Positions 8,882 to 19,193 of a stretch of 64,000 bases of DNA are shown piece after piece. Location of the stretch: the NCBI GenBank assembly GCA_965222225.1, contig CBDCTK010000002.1, forward strand, positions 2,176,001-2,240,000, in the 5' to 3' direction. The stretch comes from Candidatus Poribacteria bacterium (GTDB taxonomy: Bacteria > Poribacteria > WGA-4E > JAJDTR01). The notes below the pieces were generated by a model, which worked only from the letters and a program-made list of their open reading frames with translations, searched no databases and had not been told where the DNA came from. How positions within the stretch are numbered: the first letter of the stretch is position 1; each line of letters opens with the position of its first letter. A program made the position numbers and the translations under genes.

Positions 8882-10915
8882 ATGAACAAATATCTTTACC
8901 TCCTTCGGCAGAGGTCAACCTTTACATACCTAGTCATCGCGCTGCTCGTCGCTCACCTACTGCCACTCTGGGTATTCAAATACTTCCCGTCGCAAGACGG
9001 CGCCTCCCATATCTACAACGCCTATCTACTGAAAGAATACAACAACCCCGCCATGTATAAGGTTCGGGAGTGTTTCGAGCTCAACCTAACCCTCTTCCCG
9101 AACTGGTTTTCCCATGCCCTTATGGCTGGCTTGATGTTCCTCGTGTCCCCCCTTGTCGCGGAGAAAATCCTGCTGACTCTTTGCATCGCATTGGCGCCGT
9201 TATCGCTTTTTTACTGCTTGCGCGCGATTGCCGGAGGCAATGCTGAGACGTCATTCGGATCGGGCAACCAAATTCTCGGTTTGATCGGATTCCTTTTCGG
9301 ATATAACTATCTGCTGCACATGGGCTTCTACAACTTCGCAATCAGTTTCCCGGTTTTCTTCTTTCTCCTCGGCTACTGGTGGCGGCACCATGAGTCCATG
9401 TCACCCGCGAATATCGGCGTGTTTTACGTCCTCATGATTCTGTTGTACTTCTGTCATATTTTTTCTTACGGGCTGATGTTGGTGACACTGTCCATCTGTG
9501 CGTTAAGGTTGATTGTCACCCCGAGGAAACTGCTGGTTTTCGCCGGCTATATGCTTCCGGCGGGATTCATTATGATCAACTACCTGCTCAATGACGCCTC
9601 GGATAAGTTGTATCGATATTGGAGTTCCAAGGAGCTATGGGACTACTTTCTGCAGACAAAGGCACTCGTGTACTTCAACGAGAGTCACATCTGGGCAAAT
9701 TACGTGCTGCTCGGATTCATTGGGATACTTTTCCTGTGGACTTTGTGGAAGGACAAAATTCAACCGAGACGATGGATGGACGGACGCGACGTGTTCCTAA
9801 TTCTTTCTATCGTTCTCGTGATTGCGTATTTCATATCGCCCCGGTGGATAGGCGATGGAGGCTATATCAGTGAACGCATTCACATGTTTTGGATTCCCAT
9901 TCTGCTGCCGTGGCTCAACCTCGATTTTCACAAAGCGGCGAGATGGTGCGCCGTTGGATTAATGGTTTTCCTCTCCGCCGTTCACTTGGGATATACCTGC
10001 CGGGACTACTACAACTTTAACCGTTCAATGGATGACTATACTTCCGCGTTGGATACACTGCCGGACCACATTGTCTTCGATAATATGGGGCCCGACAACG
10101 ACGACTGGGATGACAGGTGGCAGACTGAAGTTCCGCATCCCCATTGTAACCTCTACCTCTACTACATGATACCCGGAGACAGGGTATATATTGGCAATTA
10201 TGAAGCGCAATTCAACTATTTCCCGCTTAATTTTAAGGATGACAAGAAGCGGAATGATTATCCGGGTGGATACATCAATTACCGGCTGGCATGGAACGTT
10301 GGGGAAAACAGCCCTCAACTGGACAAGTATTGGGGCGACTATGGTATTGTCCACTCAACCCCGGAATCTCGGAAATATTCTAAACCGTACAGAATTTTAC
10401 GGCATGGGTATCATCGCGAGAATACCCAAACCTGGGAAAAGTACGCAAACGTCGGGGAGGTAAACTTTCAGATGCAAGCTAGCGATGCGTCAAATCAGGC
10501 TGTTCCAGACGACATGTCTATGCCCGTATTCGTCGATACACGGTATCAGACCGGTAGTTTCGGATGGGACACGGCTTATCCCAGACATTCTTTCCAGAAC
10601 ACCAGTGCGCCGGTCGGGTCTGGCGTTTGGGATACGGAGGATGCGGCTTTCAGGATTGACTTGCCAAATGGAGAGTATGAAGTAACGTGCCGCTTCCAAT
10701 CGAACGACGGGAAAGCGCATCGCATCGAACTGTACGCAAATGGAAAGCGCGAGATCCAGATTGCGGCTCCCGGCAGCAACGAGGTAGTTGAGGGGCGATT
10801 TACCGCTGAAGTGAAAGACGGAACGCTCATCCAAGTTATCCATGCCGCTGGCAGCGAGCGCCGCGCGCACTGGGCATGGAGCGGATTCAACCTGCATCGA
10901 ATCGAGGCCAATTAG
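8882..10915 (+). CDS. Multi-pass membrane protein, GT-C glycosyltransferase-like, with C-terminal beta-sandwich (carbohydrate-binding-like) domain
   Basis: About 11 hydrophobic segments; PSQDGASH loop after TM1; GFYNF; C-terminal FRIDLPNGEYEVT and EVKDGTL. Confidence 0.55.
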   Translation: MNKYLYLLRQRSTFTYLVIALLVAHLLPLWVFKYFPSQDGASHIYNAYLLKEYNNPAMYKVRECFELNLTLFPNWFSHALMAGLMFLVSPLVAEKILLTLCIALAPLSLFYCLRAIAGGNAETSFGSGNQILGLIGFLFGYNYLLHMGFYNFAISFPVFFFLLGYWWRHHESMSPANIGVFYVLMILLYFCHIFSYGLMLVTLSICALRLIVTPRKLLVFAGYMLPAGFIMINYLLNDASDKLYRYWSSKELWDYFLQTKALVYFNESHIWANYVLLGFIGILFLWTLWKDKIQPRRWMDGRDVFLILSIVLVIAYFISPRWIGDGGYISERIHMFWIPILLPWLNLDFHKAARWCAVGLMVFLSAVHLGYTCRDYYNFNRSMDDYTSALDTLPDHIVFDNMGPDNDDWDDRWQTEVPHPHCNLYLYYMIPGDRVYIGNYEAQFNYFPLNFKDDKKRNDYPGGYINYRLAWNVGENSPQLDKYWGDYGIVHSTPESRKYSKPYRILRHGYHRENTQTWEKYANVGEVNFQMQASDASNQAVPDDMSMPVFVDTRYQTGSFGWDTAYPRHSFQNTSAPVGSGVWDTEDAAFRIDLPNGEYEVTCRFQSNDGKAHRIELYANGKREIQIAAPGSNEVVEGRFTAEVKDGTLIQVIHAAGSERRAHWAWSGFNLHRIEAN

Positions 10916-11195
10916 ATTATGGTTTGCGCAGTCGGACACCCAAAGCCTAGCAGTAAAATCTTCGATTGAATTGAAGATGGGATCTTCATCTATTGCCTGT
11001 TTCCACACAAAACAGCATGTCAGACTGTCCACGGGCGAGCGCACGATTAGCGGGACGCGCAATGAGTAGGAGCAATCTCCAAGTCGCGAGCCCTGTGGCG
11101 AGCAAAGCTTGCAAGCGAAGGTGCGAAGGAAAGTAATCCATGAATAGGTTGTGGATTCGTCAACCGGTTCACTGCATGGCTGCGACGCACTCCGG

Positions 11196-12704
11196 CTATC
11201 GCGGAAGGGCGCGGGGTTCATCCCATTCCTGCCGCGCGCGATAGAACACCGGCGCATAAGACTCGGCATAAAGCGGTTTGCTCAAGGGACCCACGATAGG
11301 ACCAAACCGATCCTGCGAATATGGTTGCGGGATCGGCGTGCCGAGCAGCGCTTCAATTCGCGCTCGACGGTCATTCACCACATCCGGATGCTGATCGTGC
11401 ACGTTCTCTCGCTCATCTGGGTCCGCTGACAAGTTGTACAACTCGGGGTTCGAATCCTCGAAATCCCAGCCTGTTGCGTAGACCCAGTGCTCGTCGCGAA
11501 TCGAAACACGACCGCCCCACGCCGTAGTGATGTACGGGCGCAGCGCTTCTTCCTGGCCAGTAACCAGCCGCCAAGCGCTTTGCCCATCCATCTGCTCGAC
11601 CCCATCTCCTACCCCCGCTAAATCAAGGATGGTCGGACCAAGGTCGTAGTTTTGCACCCAGGCTTCAATGTCGCGGTCCCGCCATCCTTCGCTCGGGTGC
11701 CGAATCGTTAAATTCTGCTGCGTGTTGAACGGATGCAGCTCGGTGTTGCGTTTACCCCAGCCCGTGTGATCAGCTAGCTCGGTGCCGTGGTCGGTGAAGA
11801 AGATGATTACCGTGTCATCCTGCAGTCCCAGTGCATCGAGTTGATCGAGAAAGCGGCCCACATGCGCATCCGTAAAGGTGATTTCGCCTTTGTAACAGGC
11901 GGTATAGTAATCAATATAATCCCGCGTTTTGACATCAAGATCCGCGCCCCTCATATCCGAAAAGAATGAGCGATCAAGAATATGGCGAGGCTGTTGGTAT
12001 ATCGGACCTTGCCACGAGTCGTCGTAGCGGTGCACATAGTCCAGCGGCGGATCGAACACCTCGTGCGGCTCGAAGCAGTCGATCCAAAGAAAGAAGGGCG
12101 CATTCGACGAATTGTCGCGCAGCCATCGGCTGGCTCTGGCGAAAACTTGGGCACCGAACCAGTCCGATTCCTCTTTTCGGTCGCGTATATTGTGTAAATG
12201 TTGAAGGAAATGGCTTCTGCCTGCCAGTTGAGAAGCATCGGGTTCGGCAGGTTCGTAAGCTCCGAAATAGTCCTTGAACAGTTGACTGATGAGATTCCAA
12301 GAACCGGTGCGCCAGCCATCACCTCCCGCGCCTCGTATGTGGTCCCACGTCATGAAACCACGGAGGTGATTCATGTTGGGCTTGAACAGATGGGGCGTGT
12401 CGGCTATCAAGCCCGTAGCGTAACCGTGTTCCAACAGAATCTCGGCAATGGTTGGGTACTCGTCCGGAATCTCGTGCCATCCGTAGTAGCCGTGAATGTA
12501 CGGGAATCCACGCATGCCGGTGAAACAACCGTTTCGGACTTGGACAGTCTGACCGGGTTCCGTGAAGCAGCGGTTGAATCGCGCAGATTCAGCGGCGAGC
12601 GCGTCAAGCGCCGGCGTGGCGACATCGCTAAACCGCTTGTTTGGCCCCACGATGTCGGCGCGGAATGTGTCGAGGCAAATGACTACGATGTTCAGGTGTT
12701 CCAT
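11196..12704 (-). CDS. Sulfatase/alkaline-phosphatase superfamily hydrolase with a non-canonical nucleophile motif
   Basis: NIVVICLDTFRAD, PFFLWID.FEPHE.FDPP, TDHG, ELYNL..DPDE..N; motif TVQVR instead of CxPxR. Confidence 0.85.
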   Translation of the reverse strand: MEHLNIVVICLDTFRADIVGPNKRFSDVATPALDALAAESARFNRCFTEPGQTVQVRNGCFTGMRGFPYIHGYYGWHEIPDEYPTIAEILLEHGYATGLIADTPHLFKPNMNHLRGFMTWDHIRGAGGDGWRTGSWNLISQLFKDYFGAYEPAEPDASQLAGRSHFLQHLHNIRDRKEESDWFGAQVFARASRWLRDNSSNAPFFLWIDCFEPHEVFDPPLDYVHRYDDSWQGPIYQQPRHILDRSFFSDMRGADLDVKTRDYIDYYTACYKGEITFTDAHVGRFLDQLDALGLQDDTVIIFFTDHGTELADHTGWGKRNTELHPFNTQQNLTIRHPSEGWRDRDIEAWVQNYDLGPTILDLAGVGDGVEQMDGQSAWRLVTGQEEALRPYITTAWGGRVSIRDEHWVYATGWDFEDSNPELYNLSADPDERENVHDQHPDVVNDRRARIEALLGTPIPQPYSQDRFGPIVGPLSKPLYAESYAPVFYRARQEWDEPRALPR

Positions 12705-12762
12705 AGTTGCGATAGTCCTTTCGACCCATCTTACTCATCTAACATGAAATGTGCAGTTTCTT

Positions 12763-12868
12763 GTAGGGATCAAACGAGTGAATAGCGAGTAAGATTTTCT
12801 ATCGCCCTCCTTATCCAGTCGGTTAATCGATAGAGATCCCCTTAACCGAGTGAATAACGAGGGATCCC
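12763..12868. repeat. Patchwork of forward/reverse GATCAA..GCGATAG units starting at GTAGG
   Basis: GTAGGGATCAAACGAGTGAATAGCGAGT / CTATCGCCCTCCTTATCCAGTCGGTTAATCG / ATAGAGATCCCC / TTAACCGAGTGAATAACGAGGGATCCC. Confidence 0.85.
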
Positions 12869-13012
12869 AAAGAATTCCCATTACGTTACACCATTATCGT
12901 TTGCTATGAATCGGGGCAACTTGCGCAAGTCCTAATGTAGTTTGCAAACGGACGGTTTCAATGGCACCATCGCAGAACACAGCGGTATGGCATGTCTGAC
13001 CGCTGGTTCACA

Positions 13013-14140
13013 CTATGCGAGGGTATCATCAGCCCCATCCGTGAGCCATTCGAGATCGAACCGCGCGAGGGTAAGCCCATCGTAGCCGCTTCCAAAACCA
13101 TGGTCATAGAGGCAGCAGATGCTCATATCGGGGGCAACACAAATACCCGAATAAGACGAGTGGTCTGCGTGGAGAACTTTTCCGGCGTTCCAAGTGCGGC
13201 ACTCATCATAGCTGATTCGAACGGTCATGCGCTCACGCCGGGTGCTGCTGGCAGGATTGGAGAAGAGAACACGGTTTTTGTCATGCGAAGTTTCGTCCGT
13301 GAAACGAGTCACGCCCGCATGGCAGATGGGTTCCGGCAGCGTTTCATCCCAGCCGAACTCCGAGAAGGACAAGCCATCATCATGACTCCAAGCATAGGCA
13401 CGTCGATGGTCGCCCACGTAGTTCCTGCAGTTCAAGTATAAGGCACCGTCATGCGTCTGAACGATGTTCGATTCGTTCGTGCCCGCTTGCGCCACGCCGC
13501 CTATGTGCCAATGTTCGCCGTGGTCGTCGCTGTAGATGACGTGCGAATGGCCAGATGCCGTCAGCGTTGCCACAGAGGACTTCACGTCTTGGTAACCGCC
13601 GGCTACGCCTTGAACATGATCGCACGGGATGACGAGCCGTCCGCTTTTCAATTGGATGCCGCCCCCGGGGCCCGTCGCATACCACGTCCACGAAGGGGCT
13701 TTTACCTCGTCTGTAATCTCCCGTGGCGTGTCCCACGTTTTGCCATCGTCTTTGCTCGACGTAACCCAGACCGTGCGCGGGGCTTTGCCTTCGACAATCA
13801 GGTTTTCGGGACCGTCCGCAAAGTTTTGGCAAAACACCAGCCAGATTGTTCCGGTGTCCCTATCCACTACCGGGGCAGGATTGCCATCGGTGTCCGGACC
13901 GGTGCGGACTGCAATCTGCATAGGTTCCCACGTGCGCCCATTGTCGAAACTGCGTCTGAGGCCGATGTTAATATCGCCAGAGTCGCCACCCATTACCGTT
14001 GGATCACTGTTTCTGGCTTCACAGAACGCCAGCATAGTACCGCTCACAGATCTTGTCAGGACGGGAGTGGTATAGGCGCGATATCCGCCTTCGCCGTTAT
14101 TAAATAATTGTGTCTGTTCAATCATAGTCTTATCACACAC
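13013..14140 (-). CDS. BNR/Asp-box sialidase-like (GH33) hydrolase
   Basis: LAFCEAR, SFDNGRTW, GNPAPVVD, YATGPG.GIQL..GRLVIP, five Asp boxes; RIP motif replaced by YTTP. Confidence 0.9.
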   Translation of the reverse strand: MCDKTMIEQTQLFNNGEGGYRAYTTPVLTRSVSGTMLAFCEARNSDPTVMGGDSGDINIGLRRSFDNGRTWEPMQIAVRTGPDTDGNPAPVVDRDTGTIWLVFCQNFADGPENLIVEGKAPRTVWVTSSKDDGKTWDTPREITDEVKAPSWTWYATGPGGGIQLKSGRLVIPCDHVQGVAGGYQDVKSSVATLTASGHSHVIYSDDHGEHWHIGGVAQAGTNESNIVQTHDGALYLNCRNYVGDHRRAYAWSHDDGLSFSEFGWDETLPEPICHAGVTRFTDETSHDKNRVLFSNPASSTRRERMTVRISYDECRTWNAGKVLHADHSSYSGICVAPDMSICCLYDHGFGSGYDGLTLARFDLEWLTDGADDTLA

Positions 14141-14433
14141 CCAAATGTTGAGATATACAGTTTATGTTGGATTAGCCTGCGCTGTGCTAAGACTAGCGGC
14201 AAAACTTCCAAACATTGAATTCCATGATTTCAATGAATACGTCGTTTTCTCTCAAAATCAACGACTACCATCTGTGGTCATGCGCGCAAACGATTACCGC
14301 GCTATATTCTTTATAAGCACACCACAAAAACCATTGGTTGTCAAGCGTTTTAGATGAGTTGGAGAATCGGTCACAATTTGGGGATCGATCCGAAGGGTGC
14401 GGCACGTTTCAGAACATGTCGACAACATCGCTA

Positions 14434-14717
14434 TGAACCTGTTTGAAAAGTACATTTGTAGGATGCGATCAAAGGAATGAATAATGACCGCGATAGAGAT
14501 CCCCCTGCGCATCAGTCTCTAAAAGCCCTGGAAGGGCGACAGGTGTATAGCAATGCCGCAACCCCACTCACTTAAGCCCCAGCGTGGGATCAAGCGAGCG
14601 AATAGTGAGTGCGATAGAAATCCTGACAGGTGTATTGCCGGATGACGACAAAAACACGGAAAACCTTTTATCAAATCACCAAATGTGAGTTCGCAACCTA
14701 TTTTTCAAACAGGATCT
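14434..14717. mobile_element. MITE-like element with GAxCCTGTTTGAAAA terminal inverted repeats and nested REPs
   Basis: Left GAACCTGTTTGAAAA, right TTTTCAAACAGGATC; related to 19194-19370. Confidence 0.65.
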
Positions 14718-14885
14718 AAAGAACGGCAATGTCCGTGCAGAAATAGAGGAGGATGTCGGCGCCAACGCGGTGTCGCCAGACCAATGACAAACTTTAGCGG
14801 TAGTCTCGTCAGCACAAAGACTCTTGACTCGCGTGATTGATAACGGCTATGGACGTTATCGTCGCGGTGTGGAATTCCAAAAGGC

Positions 14886-14914
14886 TTGACAGCGTAAGGT
14901 GTGAAGTATATAAT
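14886..14914 (+). promoter_or_regulatory. Sigma70-type promoter of the nfeD-floA operon
   Basis: TTGACA-17bp-TATAAT perfect consensus. Confidence 0.85.
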
Positions 14915-15026
14915 AGTGTCGTGTAATTCGAACGTTTTGATTGCAGATTGATGTCAGACCGTCTCTGAGCAACCCAAAAACTATTCCACCTCACTCGCCT
15001 GCAGGACTTAGGAAGAGGTGATTGCC

Positions 15027-16556
15027 ATGTCTAGCAAAACACGTTTGACAAGCCACATATTAATAATGCTCGGCGTTAGCCTGCTAGCCATGTCATTGGT
15101 TTCATCGGCTCAAGATGACGCCTTGGTGCACATTGTCAACATACGGAATCAGATTGGTAGCGGGATAAGCGTCTACATCAGCAACGGCATTGAACGCGCC
15201 GAAACAGCCAATGCGGATGCCATTGTTTTTGATGTTGATACCCCCGGTGGTCGAGTGGATTCCGCGGTCGATATAATTGACGCCATTCAAGACACGGAGG
15301 TGCCAACCATCGCCTTTGTGAATAGAGAGGCAATCTCCGCAGGCGCAATGATTTCCATCGCATGCGATCAAATTGTGATGGTGTCTGGTGGAACGATTGG
15401 CGACTCCGCGCCGGTCTCGATTCAGGGAGAAGAGGCTGGGGAAAAAGCGGTTTCTTATATTCGCAAGACAATCAAATCAACCGCGGAACGACAAGGGCAC
15501 AATTTCCATATCGCAGTCACTATGGTTGACAAGAAACGGGTACTTGTCAGAATGGCAGACGGCGAAATCGTTTCGTTCAGGCCTGACACTTATCAAGAAA
15601 AGAGGCAAAACGGAGAGGAGATGGAAGTCATCTCCGCCGAGGGCGAGTTGTTGACTTTGACCACGGACGAAGCCTTAGAGTATGGTTTCGCGCATGGGCG
15701 CGCGGATACGATTGATGAGTTACTGGCGATGTACCGGATCGTCGAGATTGATGGGGCCAGGAAAGCACTGACAGAAGAAGCCATAGCGCAGAAGCAGGAA
15801 GAACTTGGCACCGCAAGCATGCAGTTCATTAAATCACTTGAAGGCGCGGCAACCGACGAAGCCATGGTTTCGTTGGCGGATCGGATTGTCATTTTTCTCA
15901 CGAGCCCCCTCATTAGCTCGCTCCTGCTCTCCCTCGGAATGCTTGGATTATGGATAGAAATTCAGTCCCCAGGATTCGGCCTTCCCGGGATGCTCGGTCT
16001 GCTATGTCTAGGAATCTTCTTCGGCGGACACATGCTGAGCCAAATTGACGCCCAGTGGGCAGCGCTGGCTTTTGTTCTGGGATTAGGATTAATTGTGGTA
16101 GAGGTTTTCATCTTACCGGGATTTGGCATTGCGGGGATTTCGGGCATCATTCTTATGTTCGGCGGTATATTTTATGTATTCAAGAGTGCCTATCAGTTTG
16201 AAACGGCAATTCTGGCGTTTTCATCTGTTATCGTCCTCACCGCCATCGGTGTGATTGCCGCGTTTTATCTCTTCCCAAAGACGCGCGCATGGAAGCATTT
16301 CGCTTTGGCAACCGAGATGAGTTCGGATATTGGCTATCATTCCGCAGGGGATGAAGATTTTCAGAGTTACATCGGACAGACCGGAACAGCGATTACACCC
16401 TTGCGTCCGGCTGGCGCAATCCGCCTCGCAGGTAAGCGCGTTGATGTGCTTACCGCAGGCGATTTCATCCCTTCTGAAACCCCCGTTAAAGTGATAGAAG
16501 TGGAAGGCTCAAAGGTCTTCGTTGAAGCCTTGGATGAGGCAACCAACACAGCGTAA
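15027..16556 (+). CDS. nfeD: NfeD family membrane-bound ClpP-class serine protease (YqeZ/NfeD1b-like)
   Basis: DTPGG, AISAGA, LLTLT..EA, PGFG TM motifs and C-terminal TPLRPAG OB-fold. Confidence 0.9.
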   Translation: MSSKTRLTSHILIMLGVSLLAMSLVSSAQDDALVHIVNIRNQIGSGISVYISNGIERAETANADAIVFDVDTPGGRVDSAVDIIDAIQDTEVPTIAFVNREAISAGAMISIACDQIVMVSGGTIGDSAPVSIQGEEAGEKAVSYIRKTIKSTAERQGHNFHIAVTMVDKKRVLVRMADGEIVSFRPDTYQEKRQNGEEMEVISAEGELLTLTTDEALEYGFAHGRADTIDELLAMYRIVEIDGARKALTEEAIAQKQEELGTASMQFIKSLEGAATDEAMVSLADRIVIFLTSPLISSLLLSLGMLGLWIEIQSPGFGLPGMLGLLCLGIFFGGHMLSQIDAQWAALAFVLGLGLIVVEVFILPGFGIAGISGIILMFGGIFYVFKSAYQFETAILAFSSVIVLTAIGVIAAFYLFPKTRAWKHFALATEMSSDIGYHSAGDEDFQSYIGQTGTAITPLRPAGAIRLAGKRVDVLTAGDFIPSETPVKVIEVEGSKVFVEALDEATNTA

Positions 16557-16644
16557 GACAGGATTCAATTTACACAGCGCACTCGGCCTCTCTATGCCCT
16601 TGAAGGAAAGATTGAATTTCTGCGACAATCTCCTATAAAAGGAC

Positions 16645-17133
16645 GTGCTTATGCCGCCGCTACCCCTCTTTCTCCTCGGCTTAGGGGTTTTACTGCTATT
16701 CATCGAAATCATTCTGCTTCCCGGTTTTGGTGCGGCTGGCGTGCCGGGAATTATTCTCATTTGCGTTGGTATCGGGATTGTTTGGATGGAACACAGTTGG
16801 GAAACCGCATCGCTTTACGCCGGTGGGACAGTTATCCTTATTATCCCACTTGCTATCTTGGGATTGTGGCTCGCTCCTCGAACTAGACTTGGACGAACCG
16901 TCATTCTCAAGGCCGCTCAAAATAGCGCGGACGGTTTCCAAGCTCCACCACAGGAATTAACGACGTTAGTCGGCCACTCCGGTCAGTCCGTGTCTCCCCT
17001 CAGACCGGCAGGAGTCGTCTTAATTGATGGCAAACGGGTGGATGTAGTCACCAATGGAGAATTCATCCAGCCCGAAACAGAAGTGGAAGTAGTTGCCGTA
17101 GAAGGAAGCCGGGTTGTTGTCCGGAGTCGGTAA
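16645..17133 (+). CDS. Short NfeD family protein (TM + OB-fold only)
   Basis: EIILLPGFG, SPLRPAG, RVDVVT.GEFI, VEGSRVVV. Confidence 0.85.
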   Translation: MLMPPLPLFLLGLGVLLLFIEIILLPGFGAAGVPGIILICVGIGIVWMEHSWETASLYAGGTVILIIPLAILGLWLAPRTRLGRTVILKAAQNSADGFQAPPQELTTLVGHSGQSVSPLRPAGVVLIDGKRVDVVTNGEFIQPETEVEVVAVEGSRVVVRSR

Positions 17134-17159
17134 ACACTCTTCAAATAAGGAGATTCTAG

Positions 17160-18065
17160 ATGGATGACATTACAGGTTTTACAGCGATTATCGCCGTATT
17201 GATACTGATTTTCCTGTTAGTTTTCTTTTGGTTTGTGCCCGTCGGTCTGTGGATTGCCGCCCAAGCGGCAGGCGTACGAATCCGCATAGTCGGCGACTTG
17301 GTCGGGATGCGTTTACGACGGGTGACCCCAAACGTAATAGTCAACGCGCTGATTAGCGCGACGAAAGCAGGTCTGACAGTTAAAACTACCGATCTTGAAG
17401 CCCACTACCTTGCGGGCGGAAACGTGTTGCGAGTCGTGAACGCGTTGATTGCCGCGGATAAAGCTAAAATCGACCTCAATTTTCAGCGCGCCACCGCAAT
17501 CGATTTGGCGGGACGCGATGTATTTGAAGCCGTGCAGGTAAGCGTCAACCCTCGCGTCATCACGACGCCGCGCATTAGCACGGTTGCGCTTGATGGCGTT
17601 GAGTTGATTGCCGTCGTGCGAATCACCGTCAGGACAAACATCAACAGGCTCGTCGGTGGTGCAGGAGAAGAGACAATCCTTGCGCGAGTCGGGGAGGGCA
17701 TTATCAGCGCAATTGGCGCCTCGGAGACTTATGAGGATGTCCTTGAAAATCCCGACGTTATCTCCAAGACCGTGTTGGATCGAGGCTTAGACGCGGGCAC
17801 CGCCTATGAAATTCTCTCCATTGATATTGCCGATGTCAACGTTGGGAAGAACATCGGAGCTGAACTCCAAGCCGAGCAGGCTGAAGCAGATCTGGTCGTT
17901 GCTCAGGCAAAGGCGGAGGAGAGGCGAGCGATGGCAATCGCGCGTAAGCAGGAAATGACAGCGAACGTGCAAAAGATGCGAGCCGCCGTTGTCGAGGCCG
18001 AGGCTTCCGTTCCACGCGCTCTCGCCGGTGCGTTCCGCGAAGGCACCTTAACATTACCATCATAA
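17160..18065 (+). CDS. floA: Flotillin-like protein FloA (YqfA family), copy 1
   Basis: [44 protein letters not shown]. Confidence 0.92.
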   Translation: MDDITGFTAIIAVLILIFLLVFFWFVPVGLWIAAQAAGVRIRIVGDLVGMRLRRVTPNVIVNALISATKAGLTVKTTDLEAHYLAGGNVLRVVNALIAADKAKIDLNFQRATAIDLAGRDVFEAVQVSVNPRVITTPRISTVALDGVELIAVVRITVRTNINRLVGGAGEETILARVGEGIISAIGASETYEDVLENPDVISKTVLDRGLDAGTAYEILSIDIADVNVGKNIGAELQAEQAEADLVVAQAKAEERRAMAIARKQEMTANVQKMRAAVVEAEASVPRALAGAFREGTLTLPS

Positions 18066-18079
18066 AAGGAGGGTTTCAG

Positions 18080-19111
18080 ATGCCGTCAGCTGTTGCCATA
18101 CTTGCGGTTCTTGTTATTGTTTTTCTCATTTTCCTCACCACGTTCGTCCCTATCGGTTTGTGGATCGCTGCGATTGCGGCGAATGTCCGTGTGCGAATCT
18201 TTGGCGATCTGGTTGCCATGCGTTTGCGGCGCGTGCCTCCGAAAGGCATCATAGAGCCCCTAATCAACTCGACCAAGGCGGGGCTAAACCTTTCGCTTGA
18301 TGAACTTGAGGCGCACTATCTCGCTGGCGGAAGAGTTGCCAGTGTCGTCGCAGCGCTCATCGCTGCGGATAAAGCGAACATCTCACTAGGCTTCGCGCAA
18401 GCCGCCGCAATCGACCTTGCCGGTCGCGATGTACTGCAAGCGGTACAGGTCAGCGTCACACCGGAAATTATCGACATTCCCGCCAAGGGAGACAGCCAAC
18501 ACGGAATTACCGCCGTTGCGCGCGACGGCATTCAACTCATCGTCAAGGCACGGGTGACGGTGAGGGCAGACATCGATCGGCTGGTCGGCGGGGCTACCGA
18601 AGAGACGATTAAAGCCAGAGTGGGTGAAGGAATTATCACGACAATCGGCTCTGCGACAAGTCACAAGGAGGTCTTGGAAAGCCCGGTACGCATTTCGGAA
18701 ACCGTGCTCGAAAAAGGACTGTCTGCTGGAACTGCTTTTGAAATCTTGTCCATTGATATCGCCGACATTAACGTGGGCGAGAACGTAGGCGCCAAGCTGC
18801 AAACCGATCAAGCACAAGCCGAGTTGAAAATCGCTCAAGCGAAAGCGGAAGAGCGGCGAGCCCGGGCGCAAGCGGAGGAGGAGGAGAACAAAGCGCTCGT
18901 TGAAGAGATGACCATCACCCTTGTCGAGGCGGAAGCCGAAGTTCCTCGCGCCATTGCCGATTCCTTTGATTCGAGCCGAATGAGCGTCATGGACTACTAC
19001 AATCTCAGAAATATCCTCGCCGATACGGAGATGCGTCAAGCCATTGCTTCATCTGGCGGCGATGGCGAGATTGACACAACTCGATCGTCGCATTCCATGG
19101 GGCTTACGTAG
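18080..19111 (+). CDS. floA: Flotillin-like protein FloA (YqfA family), copy 2
   Basis: [48 protein letters not shown]. Confidence 0.92.
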   Translation: MPSAVAILAVLVIVFLIFLTTFVPIGLWIAAIAANVRVRIFGDLVAMRLRRVPPKGIIEPLINSTKAGLNLSLDELEAHYLAGGRVASVVAALIAADKANISLGFAQAAAIDLAGRDVLQAVQVSVTPEIIDIPAKGDSQHGITAVARDGIQLIVKARVTVRADIDRLVGGATEETIKARVGEGIITTIGSATSHKEVLESPVRISETVLEKGLSAGTAFEILSIDIADINVGENVGAKLQTDQAQAELKIAQAKAEERRARAQAEEEENKALVEEMTITLVEAEAEVPRAIADSFDSSRMSVMDYYNLRNILADTEMRQAIASSGGDGEIDTTRSSHSMGLT

Positions 19112-19193
19112 GCAACCGAAGCAGGCTCGTGAGTTCGGCAATTAAGCGGCAGACTTAGCTCATCTTCATTTCGAACCTGTTCAAATCTCCATA

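Noticed and set aside
10490-11429. ORFs 10490-11269 (-), 10842-11069 and 11151-11429
   Set aside because: They overlap real genes or REP-containing intergenic DNA and show no protein motifs.
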